A stretch of DNA of 64,000 nucleotides, from NCBI GenBank assembly GCA_039926185.1, contig JBDSXJ010000016.1, forward strand, positions 14,786 to 78,785. Reading direction: 5' to 3'. Both the position numbers and the translations under genes were made by a program. The DNA comes from Bryobacteraceae bacterium. GTDB lineage: Bacteria > Acidobacteriota > Terriglobia > Bryobacterales > Bryobacteraceae. How positions within the stretch are numbered: position 1 is the stretch's first letter; the number at the start of each line of letters is the position of its first letter. The notes beneath the pieces were generated by a model, which was not told the DNA's origin, searched no databases, and worked only from the letters and a program-made list of their open reading frames with translations. This document shows positions 37,785-46,843 of this stretch, piece by piece.

Positions 37785-39308
37785 CTATTTTGACTCAATT
37801 GGAATTCGGACGGACCCTGTCTTGCCGGTCGCCTGATCCATCACCACCAGATGCAGTTTCTTCGCAAGGAGTTTGCCTTTGGAATTCGTCACGCGAATCT
37901 GATTGATCACAAGGATGCCGCGTTCCAAGGCCGTCAGATAACGCTCCTGCGTGAGATTCACTTTGATCGTTTGATGCAAACCCTTGGGCTTGTTCTCAAC
38001 GTCAGGGACAATCGCGATTTCGAAGACACCGGTGAAGCGGCCATTCTTCTGTTCGAGCTTCAGCGAGGCAGGGTCAATTCCAACTTCCACATCGTAGTAT
38101 CCGGGCTTGTTGATCGCAGGCACGGCTGCCGCTTGAATGCCGATCTCCGTCGCTTCCAAAGGTTGCTGAACCCATCCGTTCAGCGTGCCTTTCAGTTCTT
38201 TCGCAGTGGGTGGCTTCGAAGCGTTTTCCGAGGTGTAGGATTTGCGATAGCGCGCGTCCGCCCCGCTGCGATTCACTTTAACTGTGATGGAGTGAATACT
38301 CCCATCGATTCCCTGCTCCGTAGGGTAGAACCCAAGTGTGTAAGTGAGGTCGGTATCATTGAAGGCCTCTTCGATGCCGATCGTGAGGTCGTTGTCGCCG
38401 TAGTATGCTTTGCCGCCGGTCATTTCTGCAAGGCGAATCATCGTTGTGATGCCGGGGTCGGTCCGCGAGACCAGCACGCCGCGCGGATCGATGGGATAGA
38501 TGGCGACGTTGGCATCGTTCATCAGCTTCATTGGCTTGTAGATCTGCGCACTCAGGTTCGTGAATTCGGTCATGGTGGAGCCATTCCGCTCGTTGTCCTG
38601 CGTGAAGGTGAGCGGAGGAGCGGCGGTGATCCAGATGAACTTCTTTCGACCGGGCAGTCCGGTTAGATGCAGCGCGATCGAAGTAAAGGCCGAGGTGTTG
38701 ATGTCGGCCTGGCGCTGGAAATTCGCGGCACGCATAGCGTTCGCTCCATTGCCCGTTAAGCCCGAGAGCAGACCTCCCTGCGCGTCCTGCATGTTGAGCG
38801 ATTGCGTCATGTGGAACCCGTTGATCGCTTTCCGCAGCAACGCCTGATCATCCGTGAACTCCTGCAATACATGCAACGTCGTATCGAGAGAATACACCGC
38901 GATCGACTCATTGCGTTTCGCGCGGTCGAGATATTTGAGCGCCTGCAAGCGGGCGAAGCCTTGGTCTTCCGGTGCTGTATTTTGCGAATCGATGAGCACC
39001 ACGGTGGCGGAAACCGGCTCGGGTCCGCGAGCGATGGGCCGATTCGAAACCACGCCCTTGGGCAACGGCTGCACGGTTACGGGCGTGGTGATGGCACGAA
39101 CGGAGAAGACTTCGATCTTCTGTGGCTTGCCGCTATCGCGGACTTCAAAATCGTCCTTGGTAAGCCCTTCGACGGGCGCGTCTTTGGCTTTCACCACGAC
39201 GTCCACTTGAACGAGGCGCGTGCTGGTGCGAAAAATGGGCGACTCCGGTTCCTGCCCCGAAACGAAGGCGCAGAGCAACAGAGCAGGAGCGAGGCGAGCA
39301 ACGGACAT
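37785..39308 (-). CDS. Secreted VWA-related acidobacterial protein, tandem paralogue (507 aa from ATG 39308; alternative ATG 39344)
   Basis: MSVARLAPALLLCAFVSG signal peptide. Collinear with the 508-aa neighbour. MIDAS position reads IDSQNT. Confidence 0.75.
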   Translation of the reverse strand: MSVARLAPALLLCAFVSGQEPESPIFRTSTRLVQVDVVVKAKDAPVEGLTKDDFEVRDSGKPQKIEVFSVRAITTPVTVQPLPKGVVSNRPIARGPEPVSATVVLIDSQNTAPEDQGFARLQALKYLDRAKRNESIAVYSLDTTLHVLQEFTDDQALLRKAINGFHMTQSLNMQDAQGGLLSGLTGNGANAMRAANFQRQADINTSAFTSIALHLTGLPGRKKFIWITAAPPLTFTQDNERNGSTMTEFTNLSAQIYKPMKLMNDANVAIYPIDPRGVLVSRTDPGITTMIRLAEMTGGKAYYGDNDLTIGIEEAFNDTDLTYTLGFYPTEQGIDGSIHSITVKVNRSGADARYRKSYTSENASKPPTAKELKGTLNGWVQQPLEATEIGIQAAAVPAINKPGYYDVEVGIDPASLKLEQKNGRFTGVFEIAIVPDVENKPKGLHQTIKVNLTQERYLTALERGILVINQIRVTNSKGKLLAKKLHLVVMDQATGKTGSVRIPIESK

Positions 39309-39343
39309 GGGGTTTCGACGCGGGCGCCTCGAAAATGGTTTCA

Positions 39344-39535
39344 TCGGGGTCGTAAAACTTCGAGGCCGGCGGGGGCGATGCTGAGGAAGTCAGCGACATC
39401 CCGCGTTAAGATGACGCTTGCGCCCGCCTCGAACACCGCGAGTGCAATAACGGCATCATAGACACGGCCTCCCCAGTGCCCCCGAGAGAGGGTGTGGCGG
39501 ATTGTGTCCCAGCCAAGGCCTTGGCGTATAGGCGC
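39344..39535 (-). pseudogene. C-terminal half of a PIN-domain (VapC) toxin gene, with no N-terminal half and no start codon
   Basis: Manual translation of the minus-strand frame ending at TGA 39341-39343 gives FAPIRQGLGWDTIRHTLSRGHWGGRVYDAVIALAVFEAGASVILTRDVADFLSIAPAGLEVLRPR*. An in-frame stop lies at 39548-39550. Confidence 0.6.
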
Positions 39536-39538
39536 AAA

Positions 39539-39557
39539 GCGGCGCCGTCAGCGCCGC
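39539..39557 (-). terminator. GC-rich hairpin immediately downstream of the efflux operon's last gene
   Basis: GCGGCGC-cgtca-GCGCCGC, 2 nt after the stop at 39559-39561. On the minus strand it is followed by only a short TTT. Confidence 0.35.
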
Positions 39558-39558
39558 G

Positions 39559-40704
39559 CTACTCCAGCGTCTTGTGGAACCGCATCACGCTGATCGACAA
39601 GATCGTCACGCCGAATACCGCCAGCGCCAGTAAGTTCGGCCACAAAATATCGATTCCTGATCCCTTCAGGAAGATGCCGCGGACGATCTCCAGAAAGTAC
39701 CGCATCGGATTGATATACGTGAACCACTGAATCGCTTCCGGCATGCTGCGAATCGGAAACGAAAACCCGCTCAACATCATGAACGGCTGGAACAGCAGGA
39801 ACGTAGCCATGTTTGCCTGCTGCTGCGTCTTCGAAATCGTGGAGATCAACAACCCCGCGCCCAGATTCGTCAGGATGAACAGAAACGAAGCGAAACAAAG
39901 CAGTCCGAAGTTCCCCTGAAACGGCACTCTAAATATCAGCAAGGCCGCCGACATCACCAGCAGCAAATCCCAAAACCCGATCGCCACAAACGGCAGCGTC
40001 TTGCCCAAGATTAATTCCGATGGGCGAATTGGCGTCACCATCAGCTGCTCCATCGTGCCGATCTCTTTCTCTCGCACGATCGCCATGGTTGTCAGTGACA
40101 ACGTTACCAACATCAAGATGTTCACGATCACGCCCGGCACAAAATAATTGCGGCTCTTCAGTTCCGGATTAAACCAGACCCGAGGTACCGCGACCACTTT
40201 CGGAATTGCAGCCGACATCGGCGCCCCTGCCGCCACCAGCCTCGCGCGCTGCCGCTTGTCCATCACCTCAGCCGTATACCGACCGATTGCCTGCGCCGAA
40301 TATGACGACACCAACTGCGCGCTATTCGAATCCGTACCGTCGAGCAAAATCTGCACGGCACTCGAATTCCCGCGCTCCAGATCTTTCGCGAAACCTGGCA
40401 ACACCCGCACCACTCCATCGACGGTGCTCGTATCGAGCAGCCTCTGCATCTCCACCGTATTCGTGGGCGTCGCCAGGATCTCAAATAGCCCCGAGCCTTC
40501 AAACTGCGAAAGCAGTTCGCGACTCTCCTGCGTCTTGTCCTCGTCCATCCACGCGATCTGCGCGTGATTCACGTCGAGGTTCACTGCATACCCGAACACC
40601 AGCAGCTGAATCAGCGGAGGCAGCACCAGCATCGCGCGCATCTGCGGATTCCGCAGCACCTGCCGGAATTCCTTCTTGATGATGCACCGCAAACGTTGTC
40701 TCAT
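39559..40704 (-). CDS. ABC-2-type transporter permease (YbhR/YbhS-like)
   Basis: 381 aa with N-terminal TM1, a large loop, and a C-terminal 5-TM bundle. Confidence 0.85.
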   Translation of the reverse strand: MRQRLRCIIKKEFRQVLRNPQMRAMLVLPPLIQLLVFGYAVNLDVNHAQIAWMDEDKTQESRELLSQFEGSGLFEILATPTNTVEMQRLLDTSTVDGVVRVLPGFAKDLERGNSSAVQILLDGTDSNSAQLVSSYSAQAIGRYTAEVMDKRQRARLVAAGAPMSAAIPKVVAVPRVWFNPELKSRNYFVPGVIVNILMLVTLSLTTMAIVREKEIGTMEQLMVTPIRPSELILGKTLPFVAIGFWDLLLVMSAALLIFRVPFQGNFGLLCFASFLFILTNLGAGLLISTISKTQQQANMATFLLFQPFMMLSGFSFPIRSMPEAIQWFTYINPMRYFLEIVRGIFLKGSGIDILWPNLLALAVFGVTILSISVMRFHKTLE

Positions 40705-41838
40705 CTAGGCCACCTTCTGGCGCAACTTACGCGTCGCGAAATAAAACATGCCGATACCGTAAACCACCAGCAGCAGCAAATCGAACCACAGCAGTTCCAA
40801 TCCCACGCCCTTCAAAAAGATCCCCTTGGCGATATTGATGAAGTACCGAGCCGGAACAAACAGCGCGATCGCTTGGATCACCACCGGCATGTTCTGGATT
40901 GAGTACACGAATCCCGACAGCAAAAACGCGGGTAGAAACGACGTAAACGTCCCCATCTGATACGCCGTCAACTGGCTGCGCTGTCCCGCCGAGATGAAAA
41001 TCCCCCAAGCCATTCCGCCGAACAAAAACACGCAGGAGGAGAACAGCAGCAACGGCATGCTCCCTTTGACCGGCACATCGAATATGTTGATGGCGACGAA
41101 GAGGGCAATCCCCATGTCCACCAGACCCAACAGAAAATACGCCGCAAGCTTCCCCATCGCCAGCTCCGATGGCCGCACCGGTGTCGAGAGCAATTGCTCC
41201 ATCGTCCCGTTCTCCCATTCGCGAGCAATACACAACGATGTCAGCAGCGCCGCAATGATCATCGTGATCACGCCGATCAACCCCGGCACGATAAAGTTCC
41301 GCGACACCAGATCCGTGTTGTACCAGACCCGCGTCTGCACGTCGATCGGCAGACGCATCACGCTACCCGTCTTGATCGCCGTCGCGTTATCCCGAGTCCG
41401 AGCCGCGTGCGTCTGAATCAACCCCTGTGCATATCCGAGCGCGATCGATGCCGTATTCGAATCCGACCCATCGATCAAAACTTGAACCTGCGCCTCTTTC
41501 CCATGCGCCAGATTCTCCGAATAATCTGTCGGAATCACCAGTCCCACCAGTGCCCGCCGCTGATCGATCGCCTTCTCGATCACCGAATATCGATCCGCCT
41601 CCTCGATAATCTGGAAATACCGCGACCCCTGGAAATCCTGCACCAGCGCCTTGCTCTCTGTCGATTGATCCCCATCGAACACCACTGTCGGCACGCGATC
41701 CACATCCAGGCTCAACGCATACCCGAACAGCAACAGCACGAGCAGCGGCTGCATGATCGCCGCCATCAAGCTGCGCGTGTCCCGCACAATGTGCAGGATC
41801 TCCTTGCGAGCAATCGCGTATGTGCGCCGGAAATTCAT
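40705..41838 (-). CDS. ABC-2-type transporter permease (YbhS/YbhR-like), paralogue
   Basis: 377 aa with the same architecture. It abuts the next gene with no gap. Confidence 0.85.
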   Translation of the reverse strand: MNFRRTYAIARKEILHIVRDTRSLMAAIMQPLLVLLLFGYALSLDVDRVPTVVFDGDQSTESKALVQDFQGSRYFQIIEEADRYSVIEKAIDQRRALVGLVIPTDYSENLAHGKEAQVQVLIDGSDSNTASIALGYAQGLIQTHAARTRDNATAIKTGSVMRLPIDVQTRVWYNTDLVSRNFIVPGLIGVITMIIAALLTSLCIAREWENGTMEQLLSTPVRPSELAMGKLAAYFLLGLVDMGIALFVAINIFDVPVKGSMPLLLFSSCVFLFGGMAWGIFISAGQRSQLTAYQMGTFTSFLPAFLLSGFVYSIQNMPVVIQAIALFVPARYFINIAKGIFLKGVGLELLWFDLLLLVVYGIGMFYFATRKLRQKVA

Positions 41839-42797
41839 GCTGGGCTCTTCTTATCCTGAAACTCGAGCAAGGTCACGAACACGTCTTCCATCGACGGAGG
41901 AATCGGCTCCAGCGTGTGAATCTGAATCCCTTCCGGAGCCAACAGCGCGCGAACCGTCGACGCCCCGTCAGTCTGGTTGTCCACCTTCACATGTAGCCCC
42001 GCGCCGAATACCGCGACGTCTTCAATTCCCGGTCGCCCTTTGAGCAACGTCATCGTCGCGAACAAATCCGACGTTTCTAGATTCAACAAATGCCCCTCGC
42101 CGAGTGACGCCTTCAACTCCTTCGGCGATCCGAGCGCGATCATCTTCCCGCCGCCCATCAATGCGATCCGATGGCAATACTCCGCCTCGTCCATGTAGTG
42201 CGTCGTCACGAAGATCGTGTGCCCATCTCCGGACAGCTGATAGATCAGATCCCAAAAATCCCGCCGAGCCATTGGATCCACGCCGCTCGTCGGCTCATCC
42301 AGAAACAACACCGGCGGCTCATGTAGAATCGCGCAACCCAATGCCAGCCTCTGTTTCCAGCCTCCCGACAGCAGACCGGTCATCATCTTGCGCTTCTCAG
42401 TCAGCCCCGCCATCTCTAACACGTGATCGTGCCGAGCCTGAAACTTGTCCGGTGGCACTCCATAGATCCCGCCGAAGAATTCGATATTCTCATCCACCGA
42501 AAGATCGTCGTAGAGAGAAAACTTCTGCGACATGTAGCCAATGTGTTTGCGAATCTCTTCCGACTGCGTCGCCACGTCGAACCCCGCCACCGTCGCCTTG
42601 CCCGACGTCGGAGTGAGCAGTCCGCACAGAATGCGAATTGTAGTCGACTTGCCCGCGCCGTTCGGTCCAAGAAATCCAAAGATCTCCCCTGGAGCAACTT
42701 CAATCGACACGTTGTCCACGGCCACGAAATCGCCGAAGCGCTTCGTCAGGTTCGTCACGCTCACCGCGGAAGTGCTGCTAGGCTGCACGAGCAACAT
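41835..42797 (-). CDS. ABC transporter ATP-binding protein
   Basis: Walker A GPNGAGKST, signature LSGGWKQR, Walker B VLFLDEP. Confidence 0.9.
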   Translation of the reverse strand: MLLVQPSSTSAVSVTNLTKRFGDFVAVDNVSIEVAPGEIFGFLGPNGAGKSTTIRILCGLLTPTSGKATVAGFDVATQSEEIRKHIGYMSQKFSLYDDLSVDENIEFFGGIYGVPPDKFQARHDHVLEMAGLTEKRKMMTGLLSGGWKQRLALGCAILHEPPVLFLDEPTSGVDPMARRDFWDLIYQLSGDGHTIFVTTHYMDEAEYCHRIALMGGGKMIALGSPKELKASLGEGHLLNLETSDLFATMTLLKGRPGIEDVAVFGAGLHVKVDNQTDGASTVRALLAPEGIQIHTLEPIPPSMEDVFVTLLEFQDKKSPA

Positions 42798-43695
42798 CCT
42801 CTCTGGTTACCAGTGCGATGAAAACATCCTCCAGCGATGGTGAGATACGCTGATGCTCAAACGGAAACTGCTGCGCGAGCTTCTCTACCGAAGTCTTCGA
42901 CTCATCCAGAAACAGATGCAGGTCCGCGCCCGAAGGCCGCACCGCCACCACGCCCGGCTGATCCGCGAGCAACGCACGAGTCTTGCGCAGGTCCGCCGAA
43001 GTCACGCTGTAGCAGGCCTCTTTCAACTCCGCCCGCAACGCCGACGGCTTGTCGCAGCGAATCAATTTGCCTAGGTGCATCATGCCCACCCGATTCGCGC
43101 GTTCGGCCTCATCCAGATATGCCGTCGCCACCATTACGGTCAAGCCTTCGCGCACCAGGCTGTAAAGGATCGCCCAAAAATCCCGCCGAGAAACCGGATC
43201 TACACCATTCGTCGGCTCGTCCAGAAATAACACCTTGGGCTTATGGAGCAGCGTACACATCAACGCCAGCTTCTGCTTCATGCCGCCCGAAAGTTTGCCC
43301 GCCTGCCGTTTGCGAAATGGCTCCATGCGCGTCATCTTTAGCAAATTGTTGGAGAGATCCTCGCGTTCTTTGCCCAGGATCCCAAACAGATCCGCGTAGA
43401 AGTCCATGTTCTCTTCGACCGTCAGGTCTTGATACAACCCGAACTTCTGCGCCATGTACCCGATGTGATCTTTCACCTCGTCCGGCGACTTCGCCACGTC
43501 CAAGCCAGTGACGATCGCGCGACCTTCCGTCGGATTCATCAACCCGCACAGCAGCCGCATGGTCGTAGTCTTGCCCGCGCCATCCGGACCCACCAACGCG
43601 AAAATCTCACCCTCAGCGATTTCAATATTTAGACGATCTACCGCCGTCAGCTCGCCGAACTTCCGTGTAAGATTCTCCGCGATGACAATGCTCAC
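42778..43695 (-). CDS. ABC transporter ATP-binding protein
   Basis: Walker A GPDGAGKTT, signature LSGGMKQK, Walker B VLFLDEP. Confidence 0.9.
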   Translation of the reverse strand: MSIVIAENLTRKFGELTAVDRLNIEIAEGEIFALVGPDGAGKTTTMRLLCGLMNPTEGRAIVTGLDVAKSPDEVKDHIGYMAQKFGLYQDLTVEENMDFYADLFGILGKEREDLSNNLLKMTRMEPFRKRQAGKLSGGMKQKLALMCTLLHKPKVLFLDEPTNGVDPVSRRDFWAILYSLVREGLTVMVATAYLDEAERANRVGMMHLGKLIRCDKPSALRAELKEACYSVTSADLRKTRALLADQPGVVAVRPSGADLHLFLDESKTSVEKLAQQFPFEHQRISPSLEDVFIALVTREDVARAA

Positions 43696-44861
43696 AGCAC
43701 GATCTCCGCGTCTACAGGCATGTTGTTCTTCAACTCATGCGCGGTGTTGTTCACTTCGATCTTCACCCGATATACCAGCTTCACGCGTTCTTCCTTAGTC
43801 TGAATCTGCTTCGGCGTAAACTCCGCCTCGGAAGCGATGAACGAAATCCGCCCCTCGTACTTCTTGTCCTTGAACGAATCCGTACTCAACGAAACGGCCT
43901 GTCCAAGATGCACGCGCCCCAGATCGCTCTCATTGATGTAAGCCCGCAGCCACGGATGATCCAGATCGCCAATGCTCACGATCGTCGTCCCGGCAGCGAC
44001 AACCTCGCCCGCCTCCGCGGCCTTCAACAGCACAACGCCATCGATGGGAGCCACAATCGTCGTGTCCGCCAACTGCGCCTCCGTCATGCCGACAGTCGCA
44101 CGATTGCGATCAATGTCCGCTCGCCGACCCATGAGCTCTTCTTCCTTGCGCCGGACTTCAATCTTGTTGGCTTCCGCCGTCGCAATCGCCGCCTGCGCCC
44201 TCGCCACTGCCGCGCGCGCTGCTACGATCTCGTCCTTGCGTGGACCTTCCTGCACCAACGCCAGACGTTGCTCCGCCTGCCGCAACTGCGCAGCCGTGCT
44301 GTCGACCTTCGTCTTCGACTGATCGCGCTGCGATGTCGAAATGTCCTCGCGGCTATACAAAACCTGCGCGCGCTCATACTCGCTCTTCGCAAAATCGTTC
44401 GCCGCCTTGGCATCCGTCACCGCCGCCTGCGCCTGCCCGATCTCCTGCGAGCGGCTACCGGCGAGCAAATCATCCAGCCGCGCCTGCACCTGCGCGAGTT
44501 CCGCCCGCCGCAAATTGATATCGCTATCAATCGTCGCCTTTTGATACTCGATCGAAGTCTGCAACTGCTGATACTGCGACTGCGCCCCGCTCACAGCCGC
44601 AGCATCGCGAGCCTTTTGCTGTTCCAGTTGTGTCGCGTCTAACCGCGCGATCACTTGTCCCTTCTTTACCCACTCGCCCTCGCGCACTGTGAGTTCGATC
44701 ACACGCCCGGCGGTCTTGAACGACAGGTCCACCTGCGTCAGTTCCAGGTTGCCGCTGATCTGCAGATGATTCCCGTTCGCAGCGGCTTGTTGCTGAGTCC
44801 AATACCAATAACCACCGCCCGCAACGGCCAACAACAGTAAAATCGGAAGACGTTTCTTCAT
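43692..44861 (-). CDS. HlyD-family membrane fusion protein (YbhG-like)
   Basis: 389 aa with an N-terminal TM, coiled-coil region and VAPIDGVV motif. Confidence 0.85.
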   Translation of the reverse strand: MKKRLPILLLLAVAGGGYWYWTQQQAAANGNHLQISGNLELTQVDLSFKTAGRVIELTVREGEWVKKGQVIARLDATQLEQQKARDAAAVSGAQSQYQQLQTSIEYQKATIDSDINLRRAELAQVQARLDDLLAGSRSQEIGQAQAAVTDAKAANDFAKSEYERAQVLYSREDISTSQRDQSKTKVDSTAAQLRQAEQRLALVQEGPRKDEIVAARAAVARAQAAIATAEANKIEVRRKEEELMGRRADIDRNRATVGMTEAQLADTTIVAPIDGVVLLKAAEAGEVVAAGTTIVSIGDLDHPWLRAYINESDLGRVHLGQAVSLSTDSFKDKKYEGRISFIASEAEFTPKQIQTKEERVKLVYRVKIEVNNTAHELKNNMPVDAEIVL

Positions 44862-46171
44862 TGTTTTACGAACTCCTCAACATGTCCGGTCGCCAGGGCC
44901 AAGTCCAGCCTCGCGACATTGTAGGTATACAGCGCAAGAATCTGATTGTCCTGCGCCCGATCAAAACGAGCCTGCGCGTCCGTAACCTCGAGTGGCACGC
45001 CCACCCCCGCACGATAACGCCGCTGCGCCTGTTCTACTTCACTCTGTGCCAGCGCCAACCCTTCGCGAGCAATGCTCACCTGCGTCTCCGCCGAGCGCAC
45101 GCTGTCCATCGCCAACCGAACTTCGAGCTCCACCTGCTGTTCCAGATCTCGCGTCTTCAGCTGTTCGCTGCGCAATAGTGTATTGCTCTCCGCCGCGCGA
45201 GCTTTCCGCCGTCCACCATCGAATATGGGCACCGTAACAGACACCCCCACTTGCCGAGTGCGTTCCAATCCGAGCTTGGGCTGCCCGATTCCGCCATAGT
45301 CGCCAAACGTCGCGACCGTCGGCAGCCGCTCCGCTTCCACCGCCGAAGTATTCAGCCGAGCCACCGCCTCTCGCTGCTTCTGCGCCCGAATCTCCAACCG
45401 AGACTCCGTTGCCCGTTTCAGCGCAGCATCTGCGCCTCCGATGTCCGCTGGCTTGTAGTTCAACTTGTCCGTCAACTGCACCGGCACCGAAAGATCCAGC
45501 CCCATCGCCCGCAGCAGTTGTAACCCCGCGCGATTCCGTTCATTCCGAACAATGACCAGCCGGCCCTCGTTATTTGCCAGCTGCACCTGCGCACGGACCA
45601 CTTCGATCCCTGTTGCTGTCCCTGCGTCCTTTTGCGACGAAGCCAAATCCAGCAACGCTTTCGTGAGATCCAAATTCGCCTGCGCCGCCTCCAGTGCCGC
45701 GTCCGCGCGCAACGCCGCCAGATACGCCCGAGCCACCTGATCCGTCACCTGTGTCCGCGTCACTTCCAGATCCGCTTTCGACGTATTCACATTCGCCTGG
45801 ACGGCCTTGTATCGCCGCATGCTCGCAAAATCGAGCACCGTCCACTTCGCCGTCGGTCGGACGTCGACCACCGTGAACGGTCCCACAACGCTTGGGAACG
45901 CGAACCCCGGAATATCAAAGTTGAAACCAAACGTCCGCAAATTCGCCGTCTGATTGCGAGCACCGAAGGTCCCGTCCACTGTCGGCAGCAACGCCGACTT
46001 CGCCTGCGCCACCTGCGTTTCCGCGCGAACAATGGATTGCTCCGCCATCGCAATCTTGACGCTGCCTTCCGGGCTTGTCGCGATATCCACCGCCCGAGCC
46101 AGGCTCAGTTGCAGCGTGGATTGCGCGAAAGCTGCCGAAGCGAACACTAAACTGAAAATCACGTTTCGCAT
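44858..46171 (-). CDS. TolC-family outer membrane efflux protein
   Basis: ATG 46171 (MRNVIFSLVFASAAFAQS). Two-repeat OEP layout. The long N-terminal extension of the track ORF overlaps tetR and is rejected. Confidence 0.85.
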   Translation of the reverse strand: MRNVIFSLVFASAAFAQSTLQLSLARAVDIATSPEGSVKIAMAEQSIVRAETQVAQAKSALLPTVDGTFGARNQTANLRTFGFNFDIPGFAFPSVVGPFTVVDVRPTAKWTVLDFASMRRYKAVQANVNTSKADLEVTRTQVTDQVARAYLAALRADAALEAAQANLDLTKALLDLASSQKDAGTATGIEVVRAQVQLANNEGRLVIVRNERNRAGLQLLRAMGLDLSVPVQLTDKLNYKPADIGGADAALKRATESRLEIRAQKQREAVARLNTSAVEAERLPTVATFGDYGGIGQPKLGLERTRQVGVSVTVPIFDGGRRKARAAESNTLLRSEQLKTRDLEQQVELEVRLAMDSVRSAETQVSIAREGLALAQSEVEQAQRRYRAGVGVPLEVTDAQARFDRAQDNQILALYTYNVARLDLALATGHVEEFVKQ

Positions 46172-46176
46172 AATCG

Positions 46177-46791
46177 TTAGTTGGAATTGGATGCCGGCGT
46201 CCGAAACCCGGCTGCAAGAAATTGCACCGACCGCCGCAATAACGCCTCGCGGTCGTCGATCGTGCAAAGGCCATTGGTCATGCGGGGGAACACTTTCCCC
46301 CACAAAAGAGTGTGCGTCATCACGCCCACCGAAAAGTGCAGCCGCCATGCCACGTCCACTAGCGGCAACTCGGGTAGGGCATTCGCGAGCGCAGCTGAAA
46401 ATCGTAGCGCCACCGGCGCCAAGTGAGTGTTGAACAGCCTGTCCACGAAGAGGTCCGGATTCGACATCACCCGCCCAATCAGCGGTACCAACGGGTGTAC
46501 CTGGACTTCAAATACCGGCTGCAGAAATGCCTCGAGGATCTCTTCGACACTGGGATTCGGCCCGAGCGCATCCAGCATCGCCATCCTCCGGCAGTTCACC
46601 GGCTCAATACGGCGCGCGATCACCGCATCCACTAGGGTGTCTTTCGATTGAAAATGATAGTTGACCGCCGCCAGATTTACCCCGGCTCCGGTTGTGATAT
46701 CACGTAAAGAAACAGTGTCGAAACCATTCAATCCGAACAGCTTCTCAGCCGTATCGAGGATCTTTCCTTTGGTGTCGACCTTTTCAATCAT
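46177..46791 (-). CDS. TetR/AcrR-family transcriptional regulator (CecR/YbiH-like position)
   Basis: HTH GFDTVSLRDITTGAGVNLAAVNYHFQSKDTL. It is the first gene of the efflux operon, 5 nt before the tolC-like start. Confidence 0.88.
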   Translation of the reverse strand: MIEKVDTKGKILDTAEKLFGLNGFDTVSLRDITTGAGVNLAAVNYHFQSKDTLVDAVIARRIEPVNCRRMAMLDALGPNPSVEEILEAFLQPVFEVQVHPLVPLIGRVMSNPDLFVDRLFNTHLAPVALRFSAALANALPELPLVDVAWRLHFSVGVMTHTLLWGKVFPRMTNGLCTIDDREALLRRSVQFLAAGFRTPASNSN

Positions 46792-46798
46792 ACGATCG

Positions 46799-46818
46799 TT
46801 TCAATCATACGATTGAAA
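46799..46818. promoter_or_regulatory. Perfect 8-4-8 inverted repeat, candidate TetR operator
   Basis: TTTCAATC-atac-GATTGAAA, 8 nt upstream of the tetR ATG (46791). A 15-nt direct repeat of it (46782-46796) covers the ATG. Confidence 0.5.
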
Positions 46819-46843
46819 TAGGTTCCGGTCAAGAGTAAAGAAA

